64,000 nt of DNA from Kordiimonadales bacterium (GTDB taxonomy: Bacteria; Pseudomonadota; Alphaproteobacteria; Sphingomonadales; Kordiimonadaceae). The notes beneath the pieces are model-generated. The model was not told the origin of the DNA. It saw only the letters and a list, made by a program, of their open reading frames with translations, and made no database searches. Shown one piece after another: positions 48,161-58,653 of this stretch (its first letter is position 1; every line of letters starts with the position of its first letter). The position numbers were made by a program, and so were the translations under genes. The DNA lies in contig WFTS01000024.1 in assembly GCA_015485385.1 (NCBI GenBank), forward strand, positions 2,606 to 66,605. Reading direction: 5' to 3'.

Positions 48161-49189
48161 CTATTCTTTGTTGATGATAACAAATTTTAACTGCGGGTCT
48201 TGATTTTTGAAACGCTTGTAAACATAAGTTTCGTTGTTAGGCACATAGAAATGGCCGTCTATGGTATTGGATTTGGTGTTTGCACTATCAAGTAATAATT
48301 GCTTATTCCCAAAATCGAAGGCATGACGAAATTGGTTTAAAACATTCGCACCGATGAGACCATCCCGCTCACGGGCCTGTTTTGGAATTGTGGCCCCTAT
48401 GAAAATAGGCGCAGCAACAAATCTTAACTTTGCAATGTTAAAAGTTGCACGGGTGAAAATACCCTTGTTTTCTTCCCTGAATTTTTCCACATTTGAAGCG
48501 CCCGCAGCTTTGCGGAAATGGAAATCGTTCCAAATAATCATCATGCCGGGAAAGCCCGTATCAAGCAAAAGATCTTTTGTTGACGCTGTTTTTTCCCATG
48601 GAAGTTTATTCCTGAATTTAATATGGGGGGAGGTGCCCTTCATATAAAGTTTGATACTGGTAACAAACGAGGACTTTAAATTGGTGCCTTTGGCATAAAG
48701 CCGCATGATCAATTCACTAGGGTCTAACTCAACTACATATTGGCTGAAAAAATCCTGACCTAAAATGCCATCAAATTTAAAATTTAAACGATCACCAATT
48801 GGGGGACGTTTATGGATCAGTAACAAACCGTCCGGTCGGAATGTATGGTCCCCAAACTTAATATCAATGGGTGCTAGACGGCTTCCGGGAACGCTTACAT
48901 CAAGCGCCGGAAAAAGTATTTGCGCTTTGCCGGTTTCCTTTAGGTCCGCAAATTCATATTCCTCTGATTGAAACAGAGCGGTCGATGTTGCGCCAGTGTC
49001 TAGCGCCATGTGCAAACGGTAGTGATCGACTAATATAGTAACCACGGTTCGATTGTGCACACGTTCTATTGGTAGTATCGCAAGCGGTACTGGTGCCTCC
49101 TTGGCATCGCTAGGCCCTGATACGGTGATCCAAGTTAGTAAAATCAGACATGCAAGTTTAAATATATGAAATCTGAGCTTTTGGTGCAT
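48161..49189 (-). CDS. Secreted aspartyl protease with two retropepsin-like domains (paralog B)
   Basis: Signal peptide (VSGPSDA); ALDTGATST...DGILGQDFF and LLLDTGFPGM...DGLIGANVL. Start placed at MHQKLR. Confidence 0.8.
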   Translation of the reverse strand: MHQKLRFHIFKLACLILLTWITVSGPSDAKEAPVPLAILPIERVHNRTVVTILVDHYRLHMALDTGATSTALFQSEEYEFADLKETGKAQILFPALDVSVPGSRLAPIDIKFGDHTFRPDGLLLIHKRPPIGDRLNFKFDGILGQDFFSQYVVELDPSELIMRLYAKGTNLKSSFVTSIKLYMKGTSPHIKFRNKLPWEKTASTKDLLLDTGFPGMMIIWNDFHFRKAAGASNVEKFREENKGIFTRATFNIAKLRFVAAPIFIGATIPKQARERDGLIGANVLNQFRHAFDFGNKQLLLDSANTKSNTIDGHFYVPNNETYVYKRFKNQDPQLKFVIINKE

Positions 49190-49434
49190 AGCGCACAGAC
49201 TTTCCCAAAGGTTTGGACTAAAAACACACGCAAAATTGCTTTGCCACATTGTATTTGAACAGTTTATGTGTGCTTTGTGGGCCTGACTATAAAATATTTC
49301 GTGAAATCCATGGCTATATACTCAATCAGGGCTTTTGTTTTGTCGTTAATTTGTGCATTGTGCGGCGCTCTTTTAATAGTAAGATCGCGGACGGAGCTAT
49401 CAGTGGCCCGTGTGCGCTGTAACGGAATTTAAGC

Positions 49435-52095
49435 ATGCTTGAGAAAACATATTCCCCTGCGGACATTGAAAAAAAGTGGTACGAACATTGGGAAACCTCG
49501 GGGGCATTCAAGTGCGGGCTGCGTTCTGAAGCTGAACCCTATGTTATTATCATGCCGCCTCCCAATGTAACCGGCAGTCTTCATATGGGACATGCGCTTG
49601 ATAACAGCCTTCAAGATGCTTTGATCCGCTTTGAGCGCTTGCGAGGAAAGGATGTTCTGTGGCAGCCAGGCACAGACCATGCGGGCATTGCTACTCAGAT
49701 GGTTGTCGAACGCCAATTGGATGCTGTGGGCGAAAGTCGCCGTGAGATGGGGCGTGACGCTTTTTTAGAGAAAGTTTGGCAGTGGAAGGCCGAGAGCGGA
49801 GGCACAATCACCGAGCAACTGCGCCGCCTTGGTGCGAGTTGCGATTGGTCTCGCGAAGCCTTTACGATGGACGAGCCACGCTCTGCGGCGGTTTTGAAGA
49901 AATTTGTCCAGCTTCATAAAGAGGGTTTGCTGTACCGGTCTCAGAGGCTTGTAAATTGGGATCCGAAGTTAAAAACTGCAATTTCTGATCTTGAAGTTGA
50001 TAGCCGGGAAGTGAACGGTCACATGTGGCGTTTTGCCTATCCACTTGCGGATGGCCCCGTGGACGGCATTTCAGAAATTATCATTGCAACCACTCGCCCA
50101 GAGACAATGCTTGGTGACGGTGCGGTTGCGGTTCACCCCTCAGATGAACGTTATAAAAACTTGGTCGGCAAAATGGTGCGCTTACCTATTGCTGACCGAC
50201 TTATCCCGATTATTGCGGATGAGTATCCCGATCCTGAATTTGGTTCTGGTGCTGTGAAAATCACAGGCGCACATGATTTTAACGATTTTGTCGTCGCGCA
50301 GCGCAATGATATTCCCCTTATTAAATTGATGGACGAACAAGCGCGCATGATTTCTACGGCTGAAAATAATGTGCCCTCACATTATGCAGGCCTTGATCGG
50401 TTCGAGGCACGCACATTGCTCTTGAAAGAGGTTGAAGAACTAGGGTTTTACAGGGGTGTGGAAGACAAGGTGATTGCACAGCCGTTTGGCGATCGCTCTG
50501 GTGTCGTGATTGAACCGATGCTGACAGATCAGTGGTATGTGGACGCTGAAACATTGGCTAAGCCGGCGATTGAGGCTGTAGAGACAGGTAAAACTAACTT
50601 CGTTCCGAAAAATTGGGAAAAAACTTACTATGAGTGGATGCGAAACATCCAACCTTGGTGTGTTTCGCGCCAATTGTGGTGGGGGCATCAAATTCCAGCT
50701 TGGTATGCACCTGATGGTACAGTGTTTGTTGCTGAAACCGAGGCCGAGGCACAGGCAGAGGCTGATGCTAAATATGGTAAGGGTGTCACACTTGTCCGTG
50801 ACCCTGATGTGCTTGATACTTGGTTTTCAAGTGCTATGTGTCCATATTCTGATTTGGGCTGGCCAGAGGATACCCCTGAACTAAAGCGCTATTATCCGGG
50901 CGCTACACTGGTGACAGGTTTTGATATCATCTTTTTTTGGGTTGCCCGTATGATGATGTCGGGTATGCATTTCATGGGCGAAGTCCCCTTTAAGAACGTC
51001 TATATTCATGCGCTGGTACGCGATGAAAAAGGCGCTAAAATGTCTAAATCCAAGGGCAATGTTATTGATCCCCTGGACTTTATCGGCAAATACGGTGCTG
51101 ACGCGCTTAGGTTCACCCTCATTGCGATGGAAGCGCAGGGCCGCGATATCAAACTGAGTGAAAAGCGGGTTGAAGGCTACCGTAATTTTGCCACCAAGCT
51201 TTGGAACGCATCGCGGTTTTGCGAAATGAACGGCATTCATGGCTCTGATAGTACCAAAGCCCCAACGGCCAATCACGCTATCAATAAGTGGATTATCAGC
51301 GAAGTGGCCAAAACCACCAGCTCAATCAGTACCGCTTTTGATGCTTTTCGTTTTAATGACGCCGCTGATGCGATTTATCATTTTGCATGGGGAACCTTCT
51401 GCGATTGGTATATCGAGCTGGTAAAGCCGGTGTTCTGGGGAGAAGATGAAGCCGAGAAATCAGAAACCCGCGCAGTTGCTGGTTGGGTTCTTGACCAGAT
51501 TTTAGTTTTGCTTCATCCCTTCATGCCCTTCATTACTGAAGAACTATGGCATTCTACGCGTGAAAATCGGTCCGATGATTTAATAGCGGCTAAGTGGCCC
51601 ACAGCGTCTGATGTGGATACCAAGGCGGCAGATGAAGTGAATTGGGCGATTAAATTTATCCAGGAAATTCGTTCGACCCGGGCGGAAATGAATGTGCCAG
51701 CTGGTGCCAAAGCAACAGCTTTGGTTGTTGGGGCAAGTGATGTTACAGCAGAACGGCTTTGTGCTTGGCAGGATATGATCTGTCGTTTGGCGCGACTTGA
51801 AAAAGCAGATATTGCTGAAAATGTGGATAGCAAAGGCGCGGCGCAGTTGGTCGTAGATGAGGCCACAGTTTATCTGCCACTTGCGGACTTGATGGATCTA
51901 GAAGCAGAAAAAGCCCGCTTAGGTAAAAGCTTGGATAAACTAGCGAAGGAAGCGGGGGCTTTGCGTGGTAGATTAGGAAACGAAAAATTTGTTGCAAAAG
52001 CTCCGCCAGCCGTTGTTGCGGAATCAAAAGAGCAATTAGCCAGCTTGGAAGCCCAAATTGAGAAAACAGAGGATGCGGTCAAGCGTCTGGGCTAA
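49435..52095 (+). CDS. valS: Valine--tRNA ligase
   Basis: [42 protein letters not shown]-terminal coiled coil. Confidence 0.98.
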   Translation: MLEKTYSPADIEKKWYEHWETSGAFKCGLRSEAEPYVIIMPPPNVTGSLHMGHALDNSLQDALIRFERLRGKDVLWQPGTDHAGIATQMVVERQLDAVGESRREMGRDAFLEKVWQWKAESGGTITEQLRRLGASCDWSREAFTMDEPRSAAVLKKFVQLHKEGLLYRSQRLVNWDPKLKTAISDLEVDSREVNGHMWRFAYPLADGPVDGISEIIIATTRPETMLGDGAVAVHPSDERYKNLVGKMVRLPIADRLIPIIADEYPDPEFGSGAVKITGAHDFNDFVVAQRNDIPLIKLMDEQARMISTAENNVPSHYAGLDRFEARTLLLKEVEELGFYRGVEDKVIAQPFGDRSGVVIEPMLTDQWYVDAETLAKPAIEAVETGKTNFVPKNWEKTYYEWMRNIQPWCVSRQLWWGHQIPAWYAPDGTVFVAETEAEAQAEADAKYGKGVTLVRDPDVLDTWFSSAMCPYSDLGWPEDTPELKRYYPGATLVTGFDIIFFWVARMMMSGMHFMGEVPFKNVYIHALVRDEKGAKMSKSKGNVIDPLDFIGKYGADALRFTLIAMEAQGRDIKLSEKRVEGYRNFATKLWNASRFCEMNGIHGSDSTKAPTANHAINKWIISEVAKTTSSISTAFDAFRFNDAADAIYHFAWGTFCDWYIELVKPVFWGEDEAEKSETRAVAGWVLDQILVLLHPFMPFITEELWHSTRENRSDDLIAAKWPTASDVDTKAADEVNWAIKFIQEIRSTRAEMNVPAGAKATALVVGASDVTAERLCAWQDMICRLARLEKADIAENVDSKGAAQLVVDEATVYLPLADLMDLEAEKARLGKSLDKLAKEAGALRGRLGNEKFVAKAPPAVVAESKEQLASLEAQIEKTEDAVKRLG

Positions 52096-52153
52096 TATGT
52101 TTTTTGGGGATAATTTATGAGATGCAGCATTATATTTATTTTGGACATTCTCC

Positions 52154-52708
52154 GTGTTAGTTAGTGTCGCACCCGAGGCTATGTTTGATGAAATGATTGC
52201 TGCATGGCAGGCTTTGCCTTGTCCTGATGGCTTTAAAGTACCTCAGAAAAAATCATTTTCTCCTACAATGCTTCGGTCTCATCTTCAAAATTTGGGTATT
52301 GCGGAGCATGTTGGTTCAGGTCGAATAGTCATTCGCCTCGCAGGTACCAATAGCCGGGAATTTTGGGGCGAAGAAGTTACCGGTGCGCATTATGATGCTT
52401 TTCCGGGCGGGGCACCGGATTCTGCTCTTATGCCGCCAGAAATACTGCAAGCTTTATTCACGCTACCATGTGGGATGAAAAGCCATAGGGGCGGGAAGGA
52501 TCATGAAGGCAATGATTGGCTGTGTGATATTTTAAGCTTACCCTTGGCGGCGCAAGACGGAGAAGTGAAATATTTGCTCTATGGATATAGGGTTTTTCCC
52601 TCTGATCCTGAACAGTTGCAAGCATGGGAACCCGGGTTTGCAGACTTAAAAACAGCCCACCTTCTGGGCGCAGAGTTTATCGACATAGGCTTTGGGACCC
52701 CTGAGTGA
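52154..52708 (+). CDS. Stand-alone PAS_5-like protein
   Basis: W...VPQKKSFSP, IRLAGT...FWG.E.TG, LPL pattern typical of PAS_5 (DUF1457-like) proteins. Confidence 0.6.
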   Translation: MLVSVAPEAMFDEMIAAWQALPCPDGFKVPQKKSFSPTMLRSHLQNLGIAEHVGSGRIVIRLAGTNSREFWGEEVTGAHYDAFPGGAPDSALMPPEILQALFTLPCGMKSHRGGKDHEGNDWLCDILSLPLAAQDGEVKYLLYGYRVFPSDPEQLQAWEPGFADLKTAHLLGAEFIDIGFGTPE

Positions 52709-52782
52709 TCATGTAGCCAAATCAGACGCAGATGATAGCCATTTCAGCGTAATAATATTTCAATAAATATCCATTTTCCTAT

Positions 52783-52796
52783 TCGATAATTATCGA
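52783..52796. promoter_or_regulatory. Perfect 14-bp palindrome upstream of ilvD
   Basis: TCGATAATTATCGA. Confidence 0.4.
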
Positions 52797-52871
52797 CACT
52801 TGTGTGTTTGACCAGTAAAGTCATGGCTGATTCGTAAGGGTGATTGACCCTAACATGTTTGGAGCATCCTA

Positions 52872-54710
52872 ATGGCGACCTATCGATCTTTAACCACAAC
52901 AGCGGGCCGAAACATGGCAGGTGCCCGCGCACTTTGGCGTGCTACGGGTATGAAAGACGGTGATTTTAACAAGCCGATCATCGCAGTGGTTAATAGTTTC
53001 ACCCAGTTTGTACCGGGCCATGTCCATCTGAAAGACCTTGGGCAGATGGTCGCGCGCGAGATTGAGGCTGCTGGTGGCGTGGCGAAGGAATTTAATACTA
53101 TCGCTGTTGATGACGGTATTGCTATGGGTCATGACGGTATGCTTTACAGCCTCCCGAGCAGAGAGATCATCGCAGACAGCGTAGAATATATGGCAAATGC
53201 CCACTGCGCCGATGCGCTAGTCTGCATTTCCAACTGCGATAAAATAACGCCGGGCATGTTGATGGCTGCACTTAGGTTGAATATTCCTGCTGTGTTTGTT
53301 TCTGGCGGTCCGATGGAAGCGGGTGAAACTGATACGGATGACGGCATACGCAAGCTTGATCTTGTGGATGCCATGGTTGATGCTGCTAACCCTGCGGTAG
53401 CAGATGCTGATGTGGCACAGATTGAACGCTCAGCATGCCCAACATGTGGGTCCTGTAGTGGTATGTTCACAGCCAACAGCATGAATTGTCTCACTGAAGC
53501 ACTTGGTCTTGCGCTACCGGGCAACGGTACTATTTTGGCCACTCACGCTGACCGAAAACATTTGTTCCTGACGGCTGCACGTTTGATTGTGGACATCACT
53601 AAACGCCACTATGAAGAGGGTGATAATAGTGTTCTTCCGCGCTCTGTCGCTAATTTTGAAGCATTTGAAAATGCTATCGCACTTGATATTGCCATGGGCG
53701 GGTCAACCAATACAGTGTTGCATTTGTTAGCAGCAGCGCATGAGGGTGACGTGGATTTCACGGTTGAGGATATTGACCGAATGTCACGTAGCGTACCAAA
53801 TTTGTGCAAAGTTGCCCCGGCGACAAACAAATATCATATTCAAGACGTTCATAGAGCCGGGGGCGTTTTTGGAATTCTAGGTGAACTAGACCGTGCCGGA
53901 CTTATTAACCGAGAGAGCCCAACGGTTCACTGCGCTACGATCGGACAAGCAATTCAACAGTGCGATGTGATCACAAATGAGGATGCAGATCTTCAGCATT
54001 TCTTTAAAGCGGCGCCCGGCGGCGTTCCAACACAAGAAGCTTTCAGCCAATCATGCCGCTATGAGGAGCTGGATTTGGACCGTGAAGGTGGTTGTATTCG
54101 CTCGAAAGAACATGCTTATAGCCAAGATGGCGGCCTTGCGGTTCTGTTTGGGAATATCGCGATTGATGGCTGTATTGTTAAAACGGCGGGTGTGGATGAT
54201 GGCTGCCTTCAATTTGCAGGGCGTGCAAGAGTGTTTGAAAGTCAGGACGCGTCTGTAGAGGCAATCTTGGCAGGAGAAATCGTCGCAGGGGATGTGGTGG
54301 TTATTCGGTATGAAGGCCCGCGCGGCGGTCCGGGAATGCAAGAAATGCTGTATCCAACCAGTTACCTGAAATCAATGGGCCTTGGTAAAGACTGCGCCTT
54401 GTTAACCGATGGCCGATTTTCCGGTGGAACAAGTGGACTTTCTATCGGGCATGTTAGCCCTGAGGCTGCAGAGGGCGGCGCAATCGCACTTATAGAGGAG
54501 GGCGACACCATTGAGATCGATATACCCGCGCGCAGTATCCATGTTTGCATCAGTGAAGAAGAAATGAACAAGCGCCGGAGTTTGATGGAAGAAAAGGGCG
54601 ATACTGCTTGGAAGCCCTCAAAAGAACGCCCCCGTAAAGTCACCAAGGCTTTGCGAGCGTATGCTTCGATGGCCACCTCTGCCAGCCAAGGCGCAGTGCG
54701 GAAAATTTAG
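52872..54710 (+). CDS. ilvD: Dihydroxy-acid dehydratase
   Basis: [60 protein letters not shown]. Confidence 0.98.
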   Translation: MATYRSLTTTAGRNMAGARALWRATGMKDGDFNKPIIAVVNSFTQFVPGHVHLKDLGQMVAREIEAAGGVAKEFNTIAVDDGIAMGHDGMLYSLPSREIIADSVEYMANAHCADALVCISNCDKITPGMLMAALRLNIPAVFVSGGPMEAGETDTDDGIRKLDLVDAMVDAANPAVADADVAQIERSACPTCGSCSGMFTANSMNCLTEALGLALPGNGTILATHADRKHLFLTAARLIVDITKRHYEEGDNSVLPRSVANFEAFENAIALDIAMGGSTNTVLHLLAAAHEGDVDFTVEDIDRMSRSVPNLCKVAPATNKYHIQDVHRAGGVFGILGELDRAGLINRESPTVHCATIGQAIQQCDVITNEDADLQHFFKAAPGGVPTQEAFSQSCRYEELDLDREGGCIRSKEHAYSQDGGLAVLFGNIAIDGCIVKTAGVDDGCLQFAGRARVFESQDASVEAILAGEIVAGDVVVIRYEGPRGGPGMQEMLYPTSYLKSMGLGKDCALLTDGRFSGGTSGLSIGHVSPEAAEGGAIALIEEGDTIEIDIPARSIHVCISEEEMNKRRSLMEEKGDTAWKPSKERPRKVTKALRAYASMATSASQGAVRKI

Positions 54711-54801
54711 CTTTGCAACCTCTTTGTGGGGTGTGAGTTCTTGTTCAGGACCTTTTCTTTTTATCAGAAACTAGGCTAGGCTGCTTAAAATTAAGGAGCA
54801 A

Positions 54802-55395
54802 GTGATGCGCTTTTATTTAAAATTTTTGGTCCTAATGCCGTGGATGGGCTTTGCGGCAAGTGCGCAGCAAGTGACCCCGGGAGACCTGATTGGCAACACA
54901 CCCTATGAAAGCCCAAGCTGCACTCTGAAGGATCATCACGAATTTGATTTCATGCACGGGGCATGGGATTTACGCCTGATGGTGGACGGCAAATGGATGC
55001 CTGGTGGATACTCTATTCACAAAGCCGCACTGGGTGGCTGTGTGTCTTTTGATATTATCTCTTTTGAAAATCTAGATAGCTTTTACAAAGGCCTGACTGG
55101 GCGTACTGGTTATGCAGGTTTTGCAGTGTCTAGTTATGATAAAAAAGCAGGCAACTGGCACCAGATATGGCATGACGATATGGGCAGTACTGTTGCAAGT
55201 TTCCGTGGACGAAGGTTTAAAGATGGTATGCGCTTTGTTGGCCATGCTCCGGGGGAGAATGGAACAGAATTACAGCGTTTAGAGTGGAAAATCACAGGGC
55301 AGGATATTCGAGAATATTCTATGGATATGTCCACCGACGGCGGCCAAGAATGGACCAGAATTATTACGGTGCAAATGGTACGTCAGAAAAATTAG
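54802..55395 (+). CDS. Secreted beta-rich hypothetical protein (DUF1579-like)
   Basis: Signal peptide (FAASA-QQ), FDFMHGAW, YDKKAGNWHQIW, STDGGQEW. Confidence 0.65.
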   Translation: MMRFYLKFLVLMPWMGFAASAQQVTPGDLIGNTPYESPSCTLKDHHEFDFMHGAWDLRLMVDGKWMPGGYSIHKAALGGCVSFDIISFENLDSFYKGLTGRTGYAGFAVSSYDKKAGNWHQIWHDDMGSTVASFRGRRFKDGMRFVGHAPGENGTELQRLEWKITGQDIREYSMDMSTDGGQEWTRIITVQMVRQKN

Positions 55396-55458
55396 AATCT
55401 ACCAAGGCCGTCTTGAGACGCAAGAACCCTATCCTCAATAACGTTATAAAACAAATGG

Positions 55459-56247
55459 TTAGTCTATATCTAGGGAAACCCATACGGGGGTATGATCGCT
55501 TGGTTTTTCTTTCCCGCGAGGGATGCGGTCCACTTTGCAATCGAGAAGCAAGTCAGAAGCTTGGGCAGATAAAAGCAGATGATCAATCCTGATGCCATTA
55601 TCTTTTTGCCATGATCCACGTTGAAAATCCCAGTAACTATAGCAGGCGCCTGTTGGTGTGATTTGGCGCTGCGCATCGGTATAACCAAGGTATAAAAGGC
55701 TTCTAAAACGGGCACGGCTTTCTGGCTGTGTAAGGGCGTCATCTACCCACCCTGCGGGGTTGTAACAATCTATGTCGTGGGGGATTACATTATAATCCCC
55801 AGCCAGAACCGTTGGCATTTCCCTCGCGAGCAAGTGTTCGGCATGGGCCGTTAACCTGTCCATCCACTGAAGTTTATAATCAAATTTTGGACCGGGTCGT
55901 GGGTTGCCGTTAGGCAGATAGATAGAAGCGACGCGAACACCCTTAATTGTCCCCTCGATATAACGTGCCTGGTCGTCATCAGTGCAAGGGCTACCATCAA
56001 GGGCAGGGAGGCCGCGCTGAATATCAGTGATGGGGTGTTTTGACAGGAATGCCACACCGTTGAACGCTTTTTGACCGTGCGTTTCTACAGTCCAGCCTGC
56101 GGCTTCAAATTCAAAGCGAGGGAAAGTTTCGTCAGTGCTTTTGATTTCCTGCAAGCAGACTACATCAGGCTGGAAGTCTTCAAGCCATTCTAAAAGCCGA
56201 GGTAGGCGAGCCTTGATACCGTTGATATTAAAAGTTGCGATTTTCAC
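55459..56247 (-). CDS. xth: Exodeoxyribonuclease III
   Basis: IATFNING, VCLQEIK, YLPNG, GDYN, YSYWD, RIDH, PSDHTP. Confidence 0.95.
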   Translation of the reverse strand: MKIATFNINGIKARLPRLLEWLEDFQPDVVCLQEIKSTDETFPRFEFEAAGWTVETHGQKAFNGVAFLSKHPITDIQRGLPALDGSPCTDDDQARYIEGTIKGVRVASIYLPNGNPRPGPKFDYKLQWMDRLTAHAEHLLAREMPTVLAGDYNVIPHDIDCYNPAGWVDDALTQPESRARFRSLLYLGYTDAQRQITPTGACYSYWDFQRGSWQKDNGIRIDHLLLSAQASDLLLDCKVDRIPRGKEKPSDHTPVWVSLDID

Positions 56248-56304
56248 AAGGCAAGCTCCGCTGAGAAAGAGATAGGAATGCGTTTAACGCAGGATACGGC
56301 AATG

Positions 56305-56664
56305 CTAGATAGAAAAAGATGACCCGCACCCGCAGGAGGCCGTCGCATTCGGGTTGACAACTTGAAACGACGCGCCAACGAGGTCTTCCACATAATCAAC
56401 CTCTGATCCCGTTAGGTACAAAAGCGACATACCATCAACTAACATAGTGACGCCACCGCGCTCTACGACAATATCATCGGGCTTTTGCTCGGTGTCAAAA
56501 TCAAAGCCATATTGAAATCCACTACAGCCACCGCCGGAAACAGTCAGCCGGAGCATAAGATTAGGCTTGTTTTGTTGACGGATCAATTCGGCAACACGAA
56601 CAGCAGCGCGTTCACTTAGGCTTACCGGAGTGCTGTTGTTATTTTGTTTTGAATTTTGGGTCAT
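56305..56664 (-). CDS. erpA: Fe-S cluster insertion protein ErpA (HesB/IscA family)
   Basis: GGGCSGFQY and NPNATASCGCGSSF; dgt-erpA-xth synteny. Confidence 0.9.
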   Translation of the reverse strand: MTQNSKQNNNSTPVSLSERAAVRVAELIRQQNKPNLMLRLTVSGGGCSGFQYGFDFDTEQKPDDIVVERGGVTMLVDGMSLLYLTGSEVDYVEDLVGASFQVVNPNATASCGCGSSFSI

Positions 56665-56750
56665 ATTTAAAAGCTCACAACTGAATATGCCTTGTATGTA
56701 AGCACAGCTGCAAGAAAGATCAATTCAAGAGGTGAAAATGCTGCTTAGTT

Positions 56751-57245
56751 TTAGCTTAGTGCACCGTGCATAACGGCCTTGCTAAAATTAAAAGCCAAGA
56801 GAAGGCTATCGATTTTCTCGTGAGGCTCGTCCAGTGAAAATGGCAGTACGAGAACGCTAAAACCGATTGGCCTATTGGATTCGAGTGTAAATTTCCCTTC
56901 AAAATATACCGGATGATCACTATTTTTAGCTTGATCCAAAATATTTTTAATCACTTTGCGGACATTCTCGTTTGAGGGGGCAACCAATTGTTCCTCACCG
57001 TCGGCTAATTTAAGAATTTCCGAAACGGCCGTTCCTGTCAGGCGATCAGCGTAGGTTTCATTCTCGTCAACGGCAACAATAGCGAGTTGCGGTAGATACT
57101 TCGGGAAATTTTGTGGGCGAAAATCACGCTTAGAGGGAAATCGCTTATCCTGTTGAATTTGTTGCCAGTGTTCCAGAATATGCTCTTGAAATTCAGCTTG
57201 AAAAGCTGGATTTTCCGTGTCTATCGTTTGCATGGTACTTATCAT
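56751..57245 (-). CDS. Stand-alone PAS_5-like protein (MopJ-like candidate)
   Basis: HWQQ...FPSKRDFRP..FPKYLP, RLTGT, LVLPFS pattern; tandem CtrA boxes lie just upstream. Confidence 0.7.
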   Translation of the reverse strand: MISTMQTIDTENPAFQAEFQEHILEHWQQIQQDKRFPSKRDFRPQNFPKYLPQLAIVAVDENETYADRLTGTAVSEILKLADGEEQLVAPSNENVRKVIKNILDQAKNSDHPVYFEGKFTLESNRPIGFSVLVLPFSLDEPHEKIDSLLLAFNFSKAVMHGALS

Positions 57246-57258
57246 CCCAGCAGACTAG

Positions 57259-57304
57259 TTAACAAATAGTTAACGCGCAAGCATCATATTAACTAATTGT
57301 TAAT
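57259..57304. promoter_or_regulatory. Two tandem CtrA boxes
   Basis: TTAA-CAAATAG-TTAAC (57259-57274, also perfect on the reverse strand) and TTAA-CTAATTG-TTAA (57289-57303), 30 bp apart. Confidence 0.75.
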
Positions 57305-57441
57305 ATATTGAAGCAAGCCTCTCTATGACAGCTCTGAATTGCCGTCAGAAAAATGAATTTGCGGAATCAGTTGCCCTTCGAATTGCAGCCAGATACTGTG
57401 CGCAAAACCATGTTAATTCCACACGTTCCGGAGAGAATATT

Positions 57442-58653
57442 ATGAGCGATGCACAGGCGTCCTATGAAGACATATTGGCCCCCTATGCCTGTAAGCCATC
57501 TGAAAGCCGTGGCCGTTTGGTGTCAGAGCCTGAAACCCCGAGCAGGAGCTGTTTTCAGCGGGACCGGGATAGGGTGATACATTCATCTAGTTTTCGCCGT
57601 TTGAAGCATAAAACACAGGTTTTTGTTTATCACGAGGGCGATCATTACCGGACACGTTTGACCCATTCCCTTGAAGTCTCGCAGATTGCACGTTCAGTTT
57701 GTCGTTCAATGCGTCTGAATGAAGACTTGGGCGAGGCTTTGGCGTTAGCCCATGATTTGGGACACCCTCCCTTCGGGCATGTTGGCGAAATAACACTCAA
57801 CGACTGTATGAAAGACCATGATGGCTTTGACCATAACGCGCAGTCCCTTCGGTTACTGACTGTATTAGAACGCAAATATGCTTCATTTGATGGATTGAAC
57901 CTAACGTGGGAAACTCTCGAAGGTTTGGCCAAACATAATGGACCGCTTTTCAAAAAAGCTATTAATCCTGCCAAGCCTCCATCGGACCTCGCGTTTGGTT
58001 TTAGGGAATATCTGCCCAGACAAGATCTGGAACTGCATACATATGCCAGTGCTGAGGCGCAAATCGCCGCCCTTGCCGACGATATAGCCTATTCTAGCCA
58101 TGACTTAGATGATGGCCTTAGGGCAGGGCTGTTTGAGTTTGAAGAATTAAAGGCTATTCCGGTTGTTGCGCAGTTGATTGATGAAGTAATGCTTACTTAT
58201 CCCGGTGCTGCACGCGATATTTTGATCCATGAACTTGTACGCCGTATGATCAACCGTATGGTAGCCGATATGATGGTGGAAAGTTCGCGCCGTATCAGGG
58301 AACTTGACCCCCAATGCCCTGACGATATTCGGGCTGCTGACCAGCCTGTGATTGCTTTTGGTCGGAATATGGGGAATGCGGTGAAAGAGCTTAAATCCTT
58401 CCTATTTGGGCGCATGTACCGGCACTATTTGGTCAACCGTATGGGCAGTAAGGCAAAAAGAGTGGTGACAGATCTGTTCAATCTCTATATTTGCGAGCCG
58501 GAATGCTTGCCAACGGAATGGGCCGAACGTGCAGGGGAACCAAATAGCGCAGAAACTGCTAGGGTAACCGCTGATTTTATTGCCGGAATGACCGATAGGT
58601 TTGCCTTTAGTGAACATGCGAAACTCTTTGATTTAACCAGAGTAACACTATGA
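57442..58653 (+). CDS. dgt: Deoxyguanosinetriphosphate triphosphohydrolase (HD family)
   Basis: [54 protein letters not shown]. Confidence 0.93.
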   Translation: MSDAQASYEDILAPYACKPSESRGRLVSEPETPSRSCFQRDRDRVIHSSSFRRLKHKTQVFVYHEGDHYRTRLTHSLEVSQIARSVCRSMRLNEDLGEALALAHDLGHPPFGHVGEITLNDCMKDHDGFDHNAQSLRLLTVLERKYASFDGLNLTWETLEGLAKHNGPLFKKAINPAKPPSDLAFGFREYLPRQDLELHTYASAEAQIAALADDIAYSSHDLDDGLRAGLFEFEELKAIPVVAQLIDEVMLTYPGAARDILIHELVRRMINRMVADMMVESSRRIRELDPQCPDDIRAADQPVIAFGRNMGNAVKELKSFLFGRMYRHYLVNRMGSKAKRVVTDLFNLYICEPECLPTEWAERAGEPNSAETARVTADFIAGMTDRFAFSEHAKLFDLTRVTL

